Part shown: positions 13,541 through 26,322 of the stretch, piece by piece
Numbering within the stretch: position 1 is the stretch's first letter
Layout: each line of letters starts with the position of its first letter
Assembly: GCF_036321535.1 (NCBI RefSeq)
Contig: NC_087436.1
Location: 25,918,001-25,982,000 of the forward strand
DNA: 64,000 nucleotides
Direction of reading: 5' to 3'
Source: Camelus dromedarius
Taxonomy: Eukaryota
Program-made: the position numbers and the translations under genes
The notes under the pieces: generated by a model
Database searches by the model: none
Seen by the model: the letters and a program-made list of their open reading frames with translations, nothing else
Told to the model about the DNA's origin: nothing

Positions 13541-14749
13541 TTTGAGCACATAAACTAGTAGAAATCCTACCCTTGTCATTGACAGTTTCTGGAGTTTTGA
13601 AAAGTCTGCTTCCATTTCTTAGTGATGCAAACTTCCTCCCTGGTTTATTTATTTTACTATGATTTCATCTGGATATTATTTAAAACCCCATTTCTATTGG
13701 AAATATTATGATTGTAATGACTTCCAAATGAAAATTTGTCATTATTTTATGACAAAAAGGGAAAAATATTCAGTAGAATATCTGTCTGTGAATATCTCAC
13801 TTTTGAATTTATACTTTGATTATCTGGGAACCATTTTGAAATGGATAAATACTATTATTGTCTCAGCCTTTTCAGAAAATCTATGTACATATTTTTTTGT
13901 TTGTTTAAAAGTCTGGGTTTTTACATCTATCACCACGAATTTAAACATACATTTTGATAGATAAGATGATCCTTTGGGATATAACTACTTCAGATGATAA
14001 ATCTCGTGCCCACCAGAACTTTTTTAAAAGTATTTGTCATATTTCTTTTATAAAAAGAGTTACACAGAAAGTTATTTTGAGGTGTGTGGGATTCATTGAC
14101 TTCAAGGTTGCTGCAGCAATCTGAGTCTAAGAGTTTTGTGGCTGACTCTATGACAAAATTTAAAATATTTCATATTCAAGGAGTAGAGCCTCAACAGGGA
14201 TTCGGAGTAATGCTGAATTTCTGCAAAAGACAAGCCAGATACTGAGTATTATTTTAAAACTAGAAATGTACCTTTAGTGATCTAAGTTTTTCTCACTTTC
14301 ATTGTTTTAGGCACCCAGTATGATTTGAATTGCCATAAAGTCTTCCCTGGAAACTATGAAAACAAGGAAAAAATTCTTAAAGAAACAAAAAATACAGACA
14401 TGAGGATCTCTTAATTTGTTATAGCTCTTTCCTTTCTCTGGGTATATGTGTATTTTAAAAGAGAAACAAATTTGTAAAACAAGTGTTTAACTTAGAGGAA
14501 TCACATTTTGTGATGTGAAATTTATTATCAGGTAAATAGGAATAATATTTGGACGTGAGAGGCAGATGTCCTTTCCAAAATCCTTTAGTAGGTACCAGAT
14601 CCACAACTAGGTTCCCACTAGGTCTAAAAAGGTCACATTCAACTGAGGTCACATATAACTGAGATTTATTTTACTATCAGAACTCTTGCTTCCAATTATA
14701 CATGTGGAACAAAAAATAATTAGGCAGATATAGGTCCATTTGTCATGAA

Positions 14750-14920
14750 ACTACTTGGTATCTGCATAAATTTGAGCAATAAAATTCTTTCTGAACCTCA
14801 AGTTCCACATCTATATAATGGAGCTAAATGTATCAAATTGTAGGGATGTTATAATGATTTGGAGTAAGTCAATAAAATATAAAATATTTTATTTGGAATA
14901 TAATAGGCACTCACTAAATG
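14750..14920 (+). mobile_element. MIR SINE
   Basis: tctgaacctcaagttccacatctatataatggag..taataggcactcactaaatg. Confidence 0.6.
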
Positions 14921-14974
14921 ATAAAATATAATAGATATAAAGCATTGTCTATTTTTTGTGTGATACTATAATAC

Positions 14975-15180
14975 ACCAGGCATTGTGCTGTGTGTTAAAC
15001 CCATAGGAACTTATTTAATATTCTCAACAATCCGCTGAGACAGACACAATCATTAACATAATTTTAAATTAAGAATTTAAAGCTTAGAGATTCTAACTTG
15101 TCCATGGTCTCATGGTAATACTAACTGAGGAATTGGGTGTAAAATTAGGATTCTCTGACACAAGAGTTCTTAACCACTAG
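14975..15180 (-). mobile_element. MIR SINE (antisense)
   Basis: ccaggcattgtgctg..ttatttaatattctcaacaatcc..aagcttagagattctaacttgtccatggtc..tcttaaccacta. Confidence 0.65.
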
Positions 15181-16955
15181 AATGACCAGTCCATCTATCT
15201 CTGCTAAACACAGAAATCATTTCCATGTCAGCATTATTTTGTTTTTGTAATGATATATAAGAATGCATCTTGTAAATTTATACTTGTTCATTCTAGATCA
15301 AATACATTTTTATTATTATTCTATTTATCAGGTCACAGGTGGCCCCTTTGCATACCTACCTGATGTGGAATGGGGTAAATAAACTGCATGATCCCACAGT
15401 GTGGCAATCTAGTCAACAGAGAATCTAAATTCCTAAGTTGATGATTTTCTCCTCTTTGAAAAAACGTAAATTTGGAAGACAAAGAAAATTCCAAAATAAA
15501 AGAATCGAGTAACTAGAACATTTTATGAAATGTTTTGAAAGATAATGGTAGAATGATGTTTGACAAACTGGTAAAATAGTATCTCTCTTTTTGAAGATCT
15601 AAGATTTTGATAGGAATTGTTAGAATACTTTTTAAAATATTTAAGTCTAAACAAGGAGCATTAAGGATAGAGACCCCATCAGCCGTGAAGCAGGTGAACC
15701 CAACAATAAAGTCGTAGCAACCGTGCCGCCTAAGATTTCTCTGACCATTTGATGACACCAGCTGTTCTGCTGAAAAGCCTTTGAAAGTGTTCTTCTTTTA
15801 ACCTCCTGGGATATTTCTGATTTCAGCCCTGGATACTTCTTGGCATAGAATTCCTGAACTACAATTCATCTTTGTACTGGCAGGACAACTCTAACTCATG
15901 ATCCTCAGCTTGGATAATAGAGGATTATTGGCAGGGAGAGTTCTGTGGTTGGCCTTTAAAAGCTTTTTCTTTTCCTGTTTCATCAGTTCCTTGATTGTTT
16001 ATCTTTAAGGCATAAGATAATATTTTCATCCTTCTCCTTTTGACCTAATCAAGTATTGGACTTTAATTGAATAAATTTGTATTCATGCTTGAAAGAAGTG
16101 TAACAATTTTTGCCACTAATGCATATATATTATATATTATGCCAAAAATAATGGTGTGAGAATAACTTCATTTTTCACCTCTTGATGTGTTTTTTTTTTT
16201 AATGGCTCAGGAGGCCCCATTGGACTTTATATTCTGTTTCTCTTGTTATGAAGAAAATTCCATGAACACCTTTTTTTTTTAAACTCTGGGCAGATTACCT
16301 TGAGTCTTAATCCAAGCATACTAACACTTTTGCCATTTCTTCCAAAATGACCCTTATTTAGGGGAGTCAAAATTTAACTTCTATCAAACAGTAACATTTT
16401 ATTTTATAGATTTACCTTGTTGATTTCTGAAATTACAAAACACAAAGATGCAAAATGAAGAAAATTCTGTGGAAATAATGCTTAGAACAAAATAGCCAAT
16501 ACACTTTTATTAATGACATCTTAAATTATTGTATTGATAGTCTCTGTATTTAGCTATCTGTTACTCATTTGGGACCAAGATTAATGATATATTTTAAAAT
16601 GTATTGTTTAGTTTCCATAGTTGCATAAAGATTTGAAAAAAACAGGAATCATATACAATTTATCTTTATATTCATTATATGGAGACAATTCTCTCAGTTT
16701 ATGTTACCAGCATATTAAGCAAAGAGATACATGAAAATACAATTTATATATGAAAATTGATTCTTTCAATGAAAAATACTTTGAGAAACTAACTGTAAAA
16801 CTTAGGTTAATTTTTTTGTGTGTTTTATTTTTGTTTGTTTATTTGCTTTGTTTGGATGGTTGGCTCTTGTCCCTAATTTCTACAGATTGCCAATTTTCTT
16901 TGTATCAGAAGATAATTGTTGTATTATCCAACTCACCTGGCTGATACAGCATTTT

Positions 16956-17750
16956 TCTAAATTGAAGTATAGTTGATTTACAATGTTGTGTTAGCTTCTG
17001 GTGTATAACACAGTGATTTAGTTGAATATATATATGTATACTTTTCCATATTATTTTCCATTATAGGCTATTACAGGATACTGAACATTACAAGATATTG
17101 TATAATGCTACACAGTAGGTCCTTGTTGTTTATCTATTTTATATATAGTAGTTTGTATCTGATAATCCCAAACTCCTAATTTATCCTGCCCCTCTCCGCC
17201 ACCTTTCCCCTTTGGTAACCACAAGTTTGTTTTCAATCTCTGAGTCCATTTCTGTTTTGTAAATAAGTTCATTTGTGTTATTAAAAAAAAATTCCACATT
17301 TAAGTGATATCATATTTTCATTTCTCTGTCTGACTTGACCTCACTTAGTAGGACAATGTTCAGGTTCATCCATGTTGCTGCAAATTACATTATTTTATAT
17401 TTCTTTATGGCTGAGTAGTATTCAATTGTGGATATATACCACAACTTCTTTATCCAATCATCTATCGATGGACATTTAGGTTGTTTCCATGTCTTAGCTA
17501 TTGTAAATAACACTGGAGTGCATATGTTTTTTCAAATTAGGGTTTTCTCCAGATACATGCCCAGGAATGGGAATGCTGGATTATAAGGTAACTCTATTTT
17601 TACTTTTTATAAGAAATCTCCATACTGTTTTCCATAGTGGCTGCACCAAATTACATTTCCACCAACAGTGTAGAAGGGTTCCCTTTTCTCCACACCCTGT
17701 CCAGTATATATCTTTTGTGGACTTTTTAATGATGGCCATTCTGATTGGTG
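16956..17750 (-). mobile_element. Young 5'-truncated LINE-1 (ORF2 C-terminus plus 3'UTR)
   Basis: Artiodactyl-type L1 3' end; TSD TGATACAGCATTTT at 16942-16955 and 17751-17764. Confidence 0.93.
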
Positions 17751-19069
17751 TGATACAGCATTTTACAATTTATAATGAAATAGGTCAATTCTTGAGTAGA
17801 GTCAGAGCAATCGACTGGGTGAGAATTCTGTCACTTTCATGCTGTTAGACTATTGGTCTGTCTATGACTCTCGGTAACTTCTGTGGGTAGGCTAAGGAAT
17901 GTATTGGTTTTCCTCAGTTATTAAAGTAGGAGGAATATTAGGGATTTCTAAACACTAGATGAACATTATATAAGTGGATATTACGTGATAAAGCAGTCAA
18001 GGGTATTCAATTTCTAAAAATAGCAAATAAAATATTGTTTCTTTTAGAAATTTTCTCAAAATTGGACAATAGAAGTAAACCATTGTATTGACACAAAACA
18101 ACATTTCTGAAATACTTAATTCTATACAGTTCTAATAATACATCTCTTAATAACATGCCTATATGATTTGAAATGAAAATGGGTTAATTTATAAGTAATA
18201 ACTTCATATAGTTATAATAGGTAATATTCTATAATTGGTGTCACTGTCATTAGTAAGTACTATGCTTCTTTTAGATTTTGCTTAATGTAATCTTAAAACT
18301 CTAATCTCTTACACATAAGACCCATAGTCTTTAGTAAATAGTTACTACATTTAAGGGAGAAAGTAAATCAACCTCCACTTTATGTTGTTCTTCTGCAATA
18401 TTAGCAAGTTTCTTGCAGCATATATTTAGCTTATAGGGATGTAGAGCAAACAAAAAACGTGAAAAGTATTTTTACATTTCTTCATTGAATTATTATTGCA
18501 GATGTACTAGAAGATTCAATTAAAGAAAAACAAAACAATTGTTGTATTTTACAAAAGTGGCTATTAAAATATCCAAAAGATAAATGGACTTATTTTGTAG
18601 TTCTATAATTAAAAATATATAAGCGACATTAATAAAATTTACTTAACTTTCATTAGTTTAAGGAAGAAAATTATCCTCCACTCTTCACTGATTAGATTAT
18701 AGTTGCTATAATGTAATTTTAGAAAAATTTGGAGTAAATAATAGACTCAGACCAAGCTGAAACTGATAAAATCTACTGTATAATTAGAATGGCTTAAGAA
18801 TATGATAGAAGAAAAATCACCAATCATTCCTAGGCACTGTGGTAGAATTTTACTTGAAAATCAGAGACTCATTTAGTTCCTTCTTATGGCATCTCAGCTA
18901 GGCAGTGTGGATGGCAAAGAATGATACTTTGGTTTATATCTAGGGAAAAGAATCACAAGCAGGCAAAACATCAAGAACAAGGAATATATTACTGCATAAA
19001 AGAAGAATGAGTGGGAAAATATTCAGGAATAAAAATTCAGTTTTATCATCAGGAAAATTGAAACCCCCA

Positions 19070-19205
19070 GATCTGCCCAGATCACCTTCACTGGTGATAA
19101 ACTCATTCCACAGCTGCTGTGAGTGTTAGCTGATCACTCCCAGCTGCTGCCTCCACTGCACTCCTTCCATCTCCAGGCCTTGGCCAACCGCTGACTGAAA
19201 TGCTT
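19070..19205. mobile_element. LTR33-like ERVL fragment
   Basis: cacagctgctgtgagtgttagctgatcactcccagctg resembles the recalled LTR33 consensus. Confidence 0.35.
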
Positions 19206-19559
19206 TGACTGAATTAGTTCATAATTTTATTTGAAAGTAATTTTCATTGTACCATCATTACTGTGTAAATACTTCAGCTATTTGTTGCCTGGCATGATTA
19301 AGAAACAAGTACTGTTACTAGATTTCATAAAAATCTTTGATTTTTCTTTAGTAATTATAATTCAAACCATCTGAAAGATAAAGGATTGATTAGGAAAAGA
19401 ATAATCCAAAGAATAGATTTCCCAATTAAGAATCATGAGACCCCAACAAGAAAGATGTTTAAATAGCAAAACTTCCTCCTGTCATTTCTTTCTTAGAAGT
19501 ATCTAGTCATACAACTGCCTCATTTCCTAGTTTAACACATTTCTTGCTATATCTATGTT

Positions 19560-19606
19560 TATATATATATATACACACACACATATATATATATGTGTGT
19601 GTGTGT
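19560..19606. repeat. Compound (AT)n(AC)5(AT)6(GT)6 microsatellite
   Basis: Read directly from the sequence. Confidence 0.9.
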
Positions 19607-19922
19607 ACTTTTCAGCAACTCTTACATAATAGTTAGGTAAACAGTCTTATTTGAACGTCTGAACCCAGAGGTAGGGACTGTATAACTAGAAGAAAATAAA
19701 AATGCTTAACCCAGTTCCTACAGAGATTCAAAGCCTTTTGAGAGCAGTTTGATTGTATTTGTAAACTACCTTTTTATTCCTATTATTAAGATTTCTGATA
19801 TCTAAAGTATTTAAGTATAGAAAACACTTTCTGTTCATTTTTAAGTTTAAGAACTATAAAATTATTCAAGTTATGAATGAGTTACAGCGGAAACTGAGTG
19901 GACTTAAACTGCTCTCTATTGC

Positions 19923-20374
19923 TGTAGCAGTTATCTATTGCCCCAGTAATGGTGCAAAACAAACAACCACAAAACCTCTGTGACATGCAACAATGTTATG
20001 ATAAATATTTTTGTTCATGGTTCTGTGTATCAGCTGGACAGTTCTGCTGAGCTAAACTGGGATCATGGGATCACTCCTGTCTGTAGTCAGCTGTTCATCA
20101 GCTACAAGTTGGCTTTTCTGATCTTGGCTGAGCCTTTTGTAATGTCTAGGCCTCTACTGGTACAACTATGCCTGCTGGGCTCTGTTCCTTGTCCTAATAA
20201 TGGAGGCAAAAAGCAAGAGGAAGGAAATGGAAGTGCACAAGCTCTGCTCACATCAAGTGTGTCCCTGTTCCATTAGCTAAAGCAATCACATGCTCAAGCT
20301 CAGAGTCAGTATGGGAGGCCAGGACCAAATGCTGTAAAACTGAAGGCCAATAATGCAGTCAATCTCCTGCAACA
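19923..20374 (-). mobile_element. MaLR solo LTR, MLT1H-like
   Basis: tgtagcagttatctattg..aacaaccacaaaacctc..cattagctaaagcaatcacatgctcaagctcagagtcag..aataatgcagtcaatc. Confidence 0.7.
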
Positions 20375-20748
20375 GGCTGCACCTCAGCTTGAATTCTTAT
20401 TAATATATTTCCTCACCACTACTTTCTCTTTCAGGGTTAACTGGTGAGCTTAGAGGAAACAGAGAGAAATTTTCTGAGATTTGAAGAAGAGATGTAGCCA
20501 AATATCAAAGCCATAGTGAGACAATGACATAATAACAGGATCTTTATTTTCTTAGGAGGCTCAGCACTCAAGGAAGAGTGCATTTTTTTTTTTTTTTTTT
20601 TTTACTGAGGCTCAAAAAATATCATGATGCAAATAAACTTCTTTCAATGCAATTAAATCTAAAATAGGTAAATCATTTACTATATATCAAGTATAAGTAC
20701 CTATTTGGTAGACATGTGCCATTAAAACATAAGGAATATGTCAAAAAT

Positions 20749-20915
20749 CAGTGTTTCTCAAAATTTAAAGTGCATTTGAATCACCTGAAATTTTGTTAAA
20801 GTCCATATTCTGATTCACTAAGCCTGTGATGAGGCACACAGTTCTTCATTTCTAAACAGCTCCTAGGTTGAACCCAATGTTCCTGGTCCATAGAATGCAA
20901 CTTTGAGTAGCAAGG
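20749..20915. mobile_element. MER5A hAT-Charlie MITE
   Basis: cagtgtttctcaaa..gaatcacctg..ttctgattca..catttctaaacagctcc..actttgagtagcaagg. Confidence 0.8.
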
Positions 20916-20919
20916 ACAT

Positions 20920-21480
20920 AGATTACACCTACAAGAAATAAAGCCTAATATAGGTAATGAAAGTGAGGAATGTAGACAGATAAGTTACTCTGTGTAAATG
21001 CTGTGATAGAAATACTTATGTGAAAGTAGAACTGAAGGCAGAGGTGTTACCTACCTATGTTTGCATTGGGGCAATCACTGCATGGAGCCACCTAATACCA
21101 TAGCATATTGAGGGAAATACAAGTACTTCTCTATCATTGGAGTGTGATGACAATAGGTCAGGGAAGTTATTGCAATGGAGTTAAAGGAAGACATCTATCC
21201 ATCTATGGACTTAAGGTAGGCCATTATCTTGATTAGATATGCTTTAGATATGCTTTTTAGTACCCCACCCTTGTGACCAAATGTAAGAAGGGAAACTATG
21301 AAGGCATTGAGAATGCTTTTGAGATATTTTCAATAACAGAGATACTCTATAATGACAGTCTTAATTAGTGTCATTACAAGGAGGGTGGTGATAATGTCAA
21401 GACATATTTAAAAGATAGGATAGTGATAGATTAGTTAAGGTAGATGGGAAAGATATATAAAGTCCCTCTAGTTAGCTATT
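20920..21480 (-). mobile_element. L2 fragments, degenerate
   Basis: Purine-rich antisense L2-like motifs. Confidence 0.4.
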
Positions 21481-21859
21481 ACTATAGATGCAAGAGTAAA
21501 CACAGGTGAAGACTGTCGTATCTCAAATGAGAGGGGAATATTAGAAGAAAAGAATGTGAACTATATCCTGGTCAAATAGACTTATTATGCAAGGAAGTTG
21601 ATGCTTCATCTTGAAGAAAAGAAATTAGCACTTATGGGTAAAATCTAATTATCAATATCTTTAGTCTTTCCAATAAGGCTTTTGTTCTATTTTAGAGTAT
21701 TTAGAGTATGTTAGCAGGTGGTCCATTTTTGGTGACTCATTCCTCAGATGTGTAGCTATTATTACACCTTTAAAGTTGCTGATTGGTACCTACCTATAGT
21801 TAATATTAGATGCATGTTGTCATTCCTGAATGATTTTATTCTTGGAACCATCCTCTCCC

Positions 21860-22225
21860 ATTTGGTAAATCTGCCAATCATGTTGTCCATTCTGTCAACA
21901 TGGGACTTAGCTCCCTTTGCTGAGCCAGTCAGAGTTGCACCTGGGTTACCGGTACTATCAGAAAATATCCGCAATGTTTTCTAAGATCACAAATCATAAA
22001 GAGGATGTGAGCTACAACTACATTTCTGAAGGAAGCCTAGTCATAGAAAGAGAGTATGGAAGAAGCTAGAATCCTAATGGTATCCTTTGTGTCTTGGGAT
22101 CCAACCTTGCTTAAAGCCATGACTACCCTAGAGTTTCACTATATAGTCCACTAACTTCCTTTTATAGCGTTTAATCTATTTTGAGATAGATTTTTATCTC
22201 CTGTAAACAAAAAAATCTCTAGCTC
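21860..22225 (+). mobile_element. Ancient LTR (LTR16/MLT1J-like 3' half)
   Basis: ggatccaaccttgcttaaagccatgactaccctagagtttc..aacttcctttt..ttttatctcctgtaaacaaaa resembles the shared ERVL/MaLR LTR 3' end. Confidence 0.5.
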
Positions 22226-23649
22226 TTGACTCCTACAGAAAAATGAATAAAATTACCTATTCTTCCAGTTTCAGTGGATTAAATTCTTACTTGCTCCTAG
22301 GCACATGAAAACTATCACCCTATAAAATCATGTAGTGCATGCTAGGTAATTGCATATCGTGCAGGTAGAATGTCAGAGAGAACAACAAATAAAAGCACAA
22401 CACTCTATTTTTTTTTCCCTAAGGACTGATGCCTTTATTACATATCTTCTTTTTATAGTTTTGGGAACATTGTTAAATGGAGGGAGAAAAAGCACACACA
22501 GAGTGAGTTTATTTTGTGACATGGAGGGGACTAACTAACAGCATGATGAAGAAGCCAGACCTTTCACAGCAATCAATAGTGCTTTTCTTTTAAAGGCTAT
22601 TATAATAGCTTCAAAACCAAATGAATAAACTAACAACACCAAGGGAAAAAACAACATCTAGGGATCAAAAAAGAATAAGCATAGTCCATTAGCAGTTTCT
22701 GGCATCCTGAGGAGGAATGACAGTAAGGAGAGTTATAAAGCAAGGAAAGAGTCTAGTAAGAGAGGCATGAGCAGAAAGGAATGAAACAAGGATAAAATTT
22801 AAGATTTTCATCATCTGCTTCAAGTTACTTGAACAGGAATTCTATTAACACCCTCAGAGGTCATTTATTTACTTAAACTAATATTCAAAAATATGTCCTT
22901 AAATTCTAAACCATAAACAATGAATTGCATTTTTTAGAAGAGATATCCTATTATCTGAAGGTCTAATGCAGAACACTTGTATAATAATTACTCTCAGCTG
23001 ATAAATATAAAGTATTCATATTTTGATGATATGCAGACCAAATTTTCTTTTGTATTTAAATAGCATATATTACCACCTCTAAAAGACAAAGGCATAGCAT
23101 AGTCTAAGATAGGTAACAGCAAACTCCATAACAGGGAAGTTTTTCCTCAGTAAATGACAACTACTTTGAAGCGTGAATTACTGGTGGTCTATATAATGAA
23201 TGCAGAGATAAGTGCCTATTTTTGCCTGAAACTGTCACAAATGTACTGGGTAATTTGCTTTCAGAAATGTATATAAATATTTACTACCTAGACTTAAAAA
23301 TAGTTATTTTTTTCCAGATAAGAATTATTTAAAAACAGAAACAAAAAATATCTTGCCCAGGTCTATGTAATATTTTATATTTGGAATTCATTCAACTAAA
23401 TATTACAATAGAAATAAGCTTATTTTAAATAATCACTAAGTAGAGTTTTCTATATACTCTGTCATGATATGTTCAGGCAGAGGTAATCACTTATTTATCT
23501 CATCAAAGTGAAATAATTCTTAGATAATATTAATATGTTTGTTGCTCTATTACTCTCAATTTCTCCCATTAGAATCTTGTAAGCAAATTTTAGTGATGCC
23601 TGGATAGTCATTTTACTGCTGTTTTATGATTCTCAGTGTAGCCATTTCT

Positions 23650-23908
23650 ATTCATGCACCCACCAATTTATTCCATAAATTACTGGGCCCTCATTGTGGG
23701 CATGGCATTGTGCCAGGCATTCTAGAGCAAAGAAAGCTGAATAATTCACAGTTTCAACTTTCAGTGAGCTTCCAAATAATGAAGGCAGAAAAATTACATG
23801 CAAAATATCTATAATATAAGAAATAAGATTGTGAAGACAAGTGGATCACTGTAATCATGTGAAATAAAATAAAATTTTAAAAAGAAGATGACATTTGAAC
23901 TTTAGTTT
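23650..23908 (-). mobile_element. L2 3' end; colinear pieces continue at ~25080-25525 and ~33440-33510
   Basis: gtgccaggcattctag..gagcttccaaataatg..gaagatgacatttgaac; the later pieces match successive L2 regions. Confidence 0.6.
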
Positions 23909-24581
23909 GAAATACTGTATGGAGATTCTTTTAAAAATTAAAAATAGACTTACCATATGATCTAGCAATCCTACTCCTGGGTATACATCCAGAGGAAACT
24001 CTAATTTGAAAAGATACATGCACCCCAATGTTCATAGCAGCTCTATTTATAATAGCCAAGATGTGGAAGCAACCTAAATGTCCATTGACAGATGACTGGA
24101 TAAAGAAGTTGTGGTATATATCTATAATGGAATACCACTCAGCCATAAAAAAGAATAAAATGATGCCATTTGCAGCAACATGGATGGATCTGGAGATTGT
24201 CATACTAAGTGCAGTAAGCCAGAAAGAGAAAGACAGATATCATACAATATCACTTTTATGTGGAATCTAAAAAAAGTGACACAAATTAACTTATTTACAA
24301 AACAGAAACAGACTCACAGATATAGAAAACAAACTTACGGTTACCAGGGGGTAAAGAAGGGGGTGAAGGGATAAATTGGGAGTTTGGGATTTGCAGATAC
24401 TAACTACTATATATAAAATAAACAAGGTCTTACTGTATAGCACAGGGAACTATATTCAATATATTGCAGTAGCCAATAATGGAAAAGAATACAAAATATT
24501 TACATATGTATAACCGAATCACTATGCTGTACACCAGATATTAAATAACATTGTAAACTGACTATACTTCAATAAAAAAAA
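23909..24581 (+). mobile_element. Young 5'-truncated LINE-1
   Basis: ORF2 C-terminal peptide MFIAALFIIAKMWKQPKCP..PFAATWMDLE, 3'UTR, AATAAA and A-tail; no TSD found. Confidence 0.93.
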
Positions 24582-24795
24582 GAAAATCTAGACAAAAAGG
24601 AGTATACACTGTATCATTTTAGTTATATATCATAAATATGGGAGGGGAGACAGGGGAGTAAGAGAAAGAGGACTGACTTAAACTTTGGAAGTGATGGTGA
24701 TGGTTTAATGAGTATATGCATAGGTCAAAACTTATAAATGCATGATTTATACATGTACAATTTATTTTATGTCAATTATACCACAATAAAGTTTT
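24582..24795 (+). mobile_element. Old L1M (L1MB/MC/ME-like) 3' end
   Basis: gacaaaaaggagtatacactgtat..gtcaaaacttat..tatgtcaattataccacaataaagt. Confidence 0.65.
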
Positions 24796-25526
24796 AATTA
24801 AAACATATAAATAATATAGAACAATAATACTAGAACTAATATTAGAAGAAAGAAGGCCAAATCAGATGAAAAGGATACCAAATCACATGAAAGCAAATAC
24901 ATAAAAGCTAAAAAGTACATAGTAGGTTTGGGGGAATAGATAGACAAACACATAGATTCATAAAGGAGAAAAACAGAGACAAAGTTAAAATGGTACATAT
25001 AGTGACCAGGTAGTAATAGGTATTGAATGCCAGCCTATGAATAATCACTTTACATTGTAGAAAATGAAAAGCTATTAAAATATTTGAAAAAGTCACGCTG
25101 AGGTCAAGCTATGGTTTTTGAGATTAGGAGGTAGGAAGGATTATGTGGTGTTGATCTTCGAGTCAGGGAGAACAGGCTTTTTAAAAAGTCTTAGCAAGAG
25201 AAATGGGAGTTGAATAAGAGTAGTTACACTGGAAATGTAGACGAGAAAACAGATGAGAGAAATATTGTAGAAATAAAATCAATAAGTTTTGGAGACTGGA
25301 TAAAAATTGGAGAGGCAAAAACAGGAAAGAAAAAGTCAATGATGAAAGAGGAGAAAAAAAGTCAATTATAGGTCTGGTATTTCATTCCTAGGTGGTTAGG
25401 AATTGTAAAATAATTAGTAAAGACATGGATTTAAATAGACATATCAGGATGTGACAAGTGATAAGTAAAAACTAAAGTGGTAAGTGTTTTGGGTAGACTT
25501 TATTTGAGAGGTATAAGCAATCTATT

Positions 25527-25690
25527 GCAGCAGATCCCAGTCCTGGCTGATTATCACAATTTTCAAATGAGGTCAAAGGGCAAACAAATCAAATGACAAC
25601 AGAAAGTTGCTAGGTTCTATCCTCAGGAGTTCTGATTCAATAAGCGTAGGTTGTATCATGGGGTTCTGTATTCTTAAAAAAATATTCTAA
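25527..25690. mobile_element. MER5-family MITE, degenerate
   Basis: tcctcaggagttctgattcaataag..ggggttctgtattcttaaaaa. Confidence 0.5.
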
Positions 25691-25719
25691 GAATCAGTTA
25701 GATCTGGAAATCATAGATC

Positions 25720-26322
25720 TGTTGTGGGAGATTAGGTTCTTGCCTAACACAGGAAAGAATTCAAGAGTAAGGCAAAGTAAAGTGAAAGCATGTTTATTTA
25801 GAGATACACACCCCATTGACAGAGTGCGGTCTGTCTCACTCAGAAGGGAAAATGGCTTAGGAGATGCACGCTCCATAGGCAGAATGTGGGCCATCTCAGA
25901 AAGGTAAGAGGGAGAGGAGCTGAGAGGTGTGGCGTGTTTAAAGTAAAAGTAGATACACACTCCACAGACAGAGTGCAGGCCATCTCAGAAAGCAAGAGAG
26001 AGAGTGACAGCAACAGCAACCACGAGGTGTAGAGCTGTTAGGTTTTATGGGCTTGGTAATTTCATATACTAATGAGTAGGAGGATTATTCCAACTACTTT
26101 GGGGAAGGGGCCAAGATTTCCAGAAAACAACCCCCCTGCCCATACTTTGAACTTTTATGGTCAGCCAGGGAACTGTCATGGCACTGTGGGTGCGCCATTG
26201 AGGCTCAAGGTCTACTGGAAGTCGAATATTCCACCATCTTGGTTCTAATCAGTTTGTCCCGTCCTCAATTGCTGTGTCATTCCTTCAATAGTTGTGCCCT
26301 GCCCCCTTTTCCTCCCACTTCA
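25720..26322 (-). mobile_element. ERV1-class solo LTR (603 bp)
   Basis: TG..CA termini; 4-bp TSD GATC at 25716-25719 and 26323-26326; antisense AATAAA near 25793; internal ~42-bp repeats. Confidence 0.85.

Noticed and set aside
14750..15180. Inverted MIR pair as a dsRNA hairpin
   Set aside because: The copies are too diverged from each other to pair stably
21748..21984. Overlapping 70-78 aa ORFs on both strands
   Set aside because: No recognisable domain or splice context; partly within an ancient LTR
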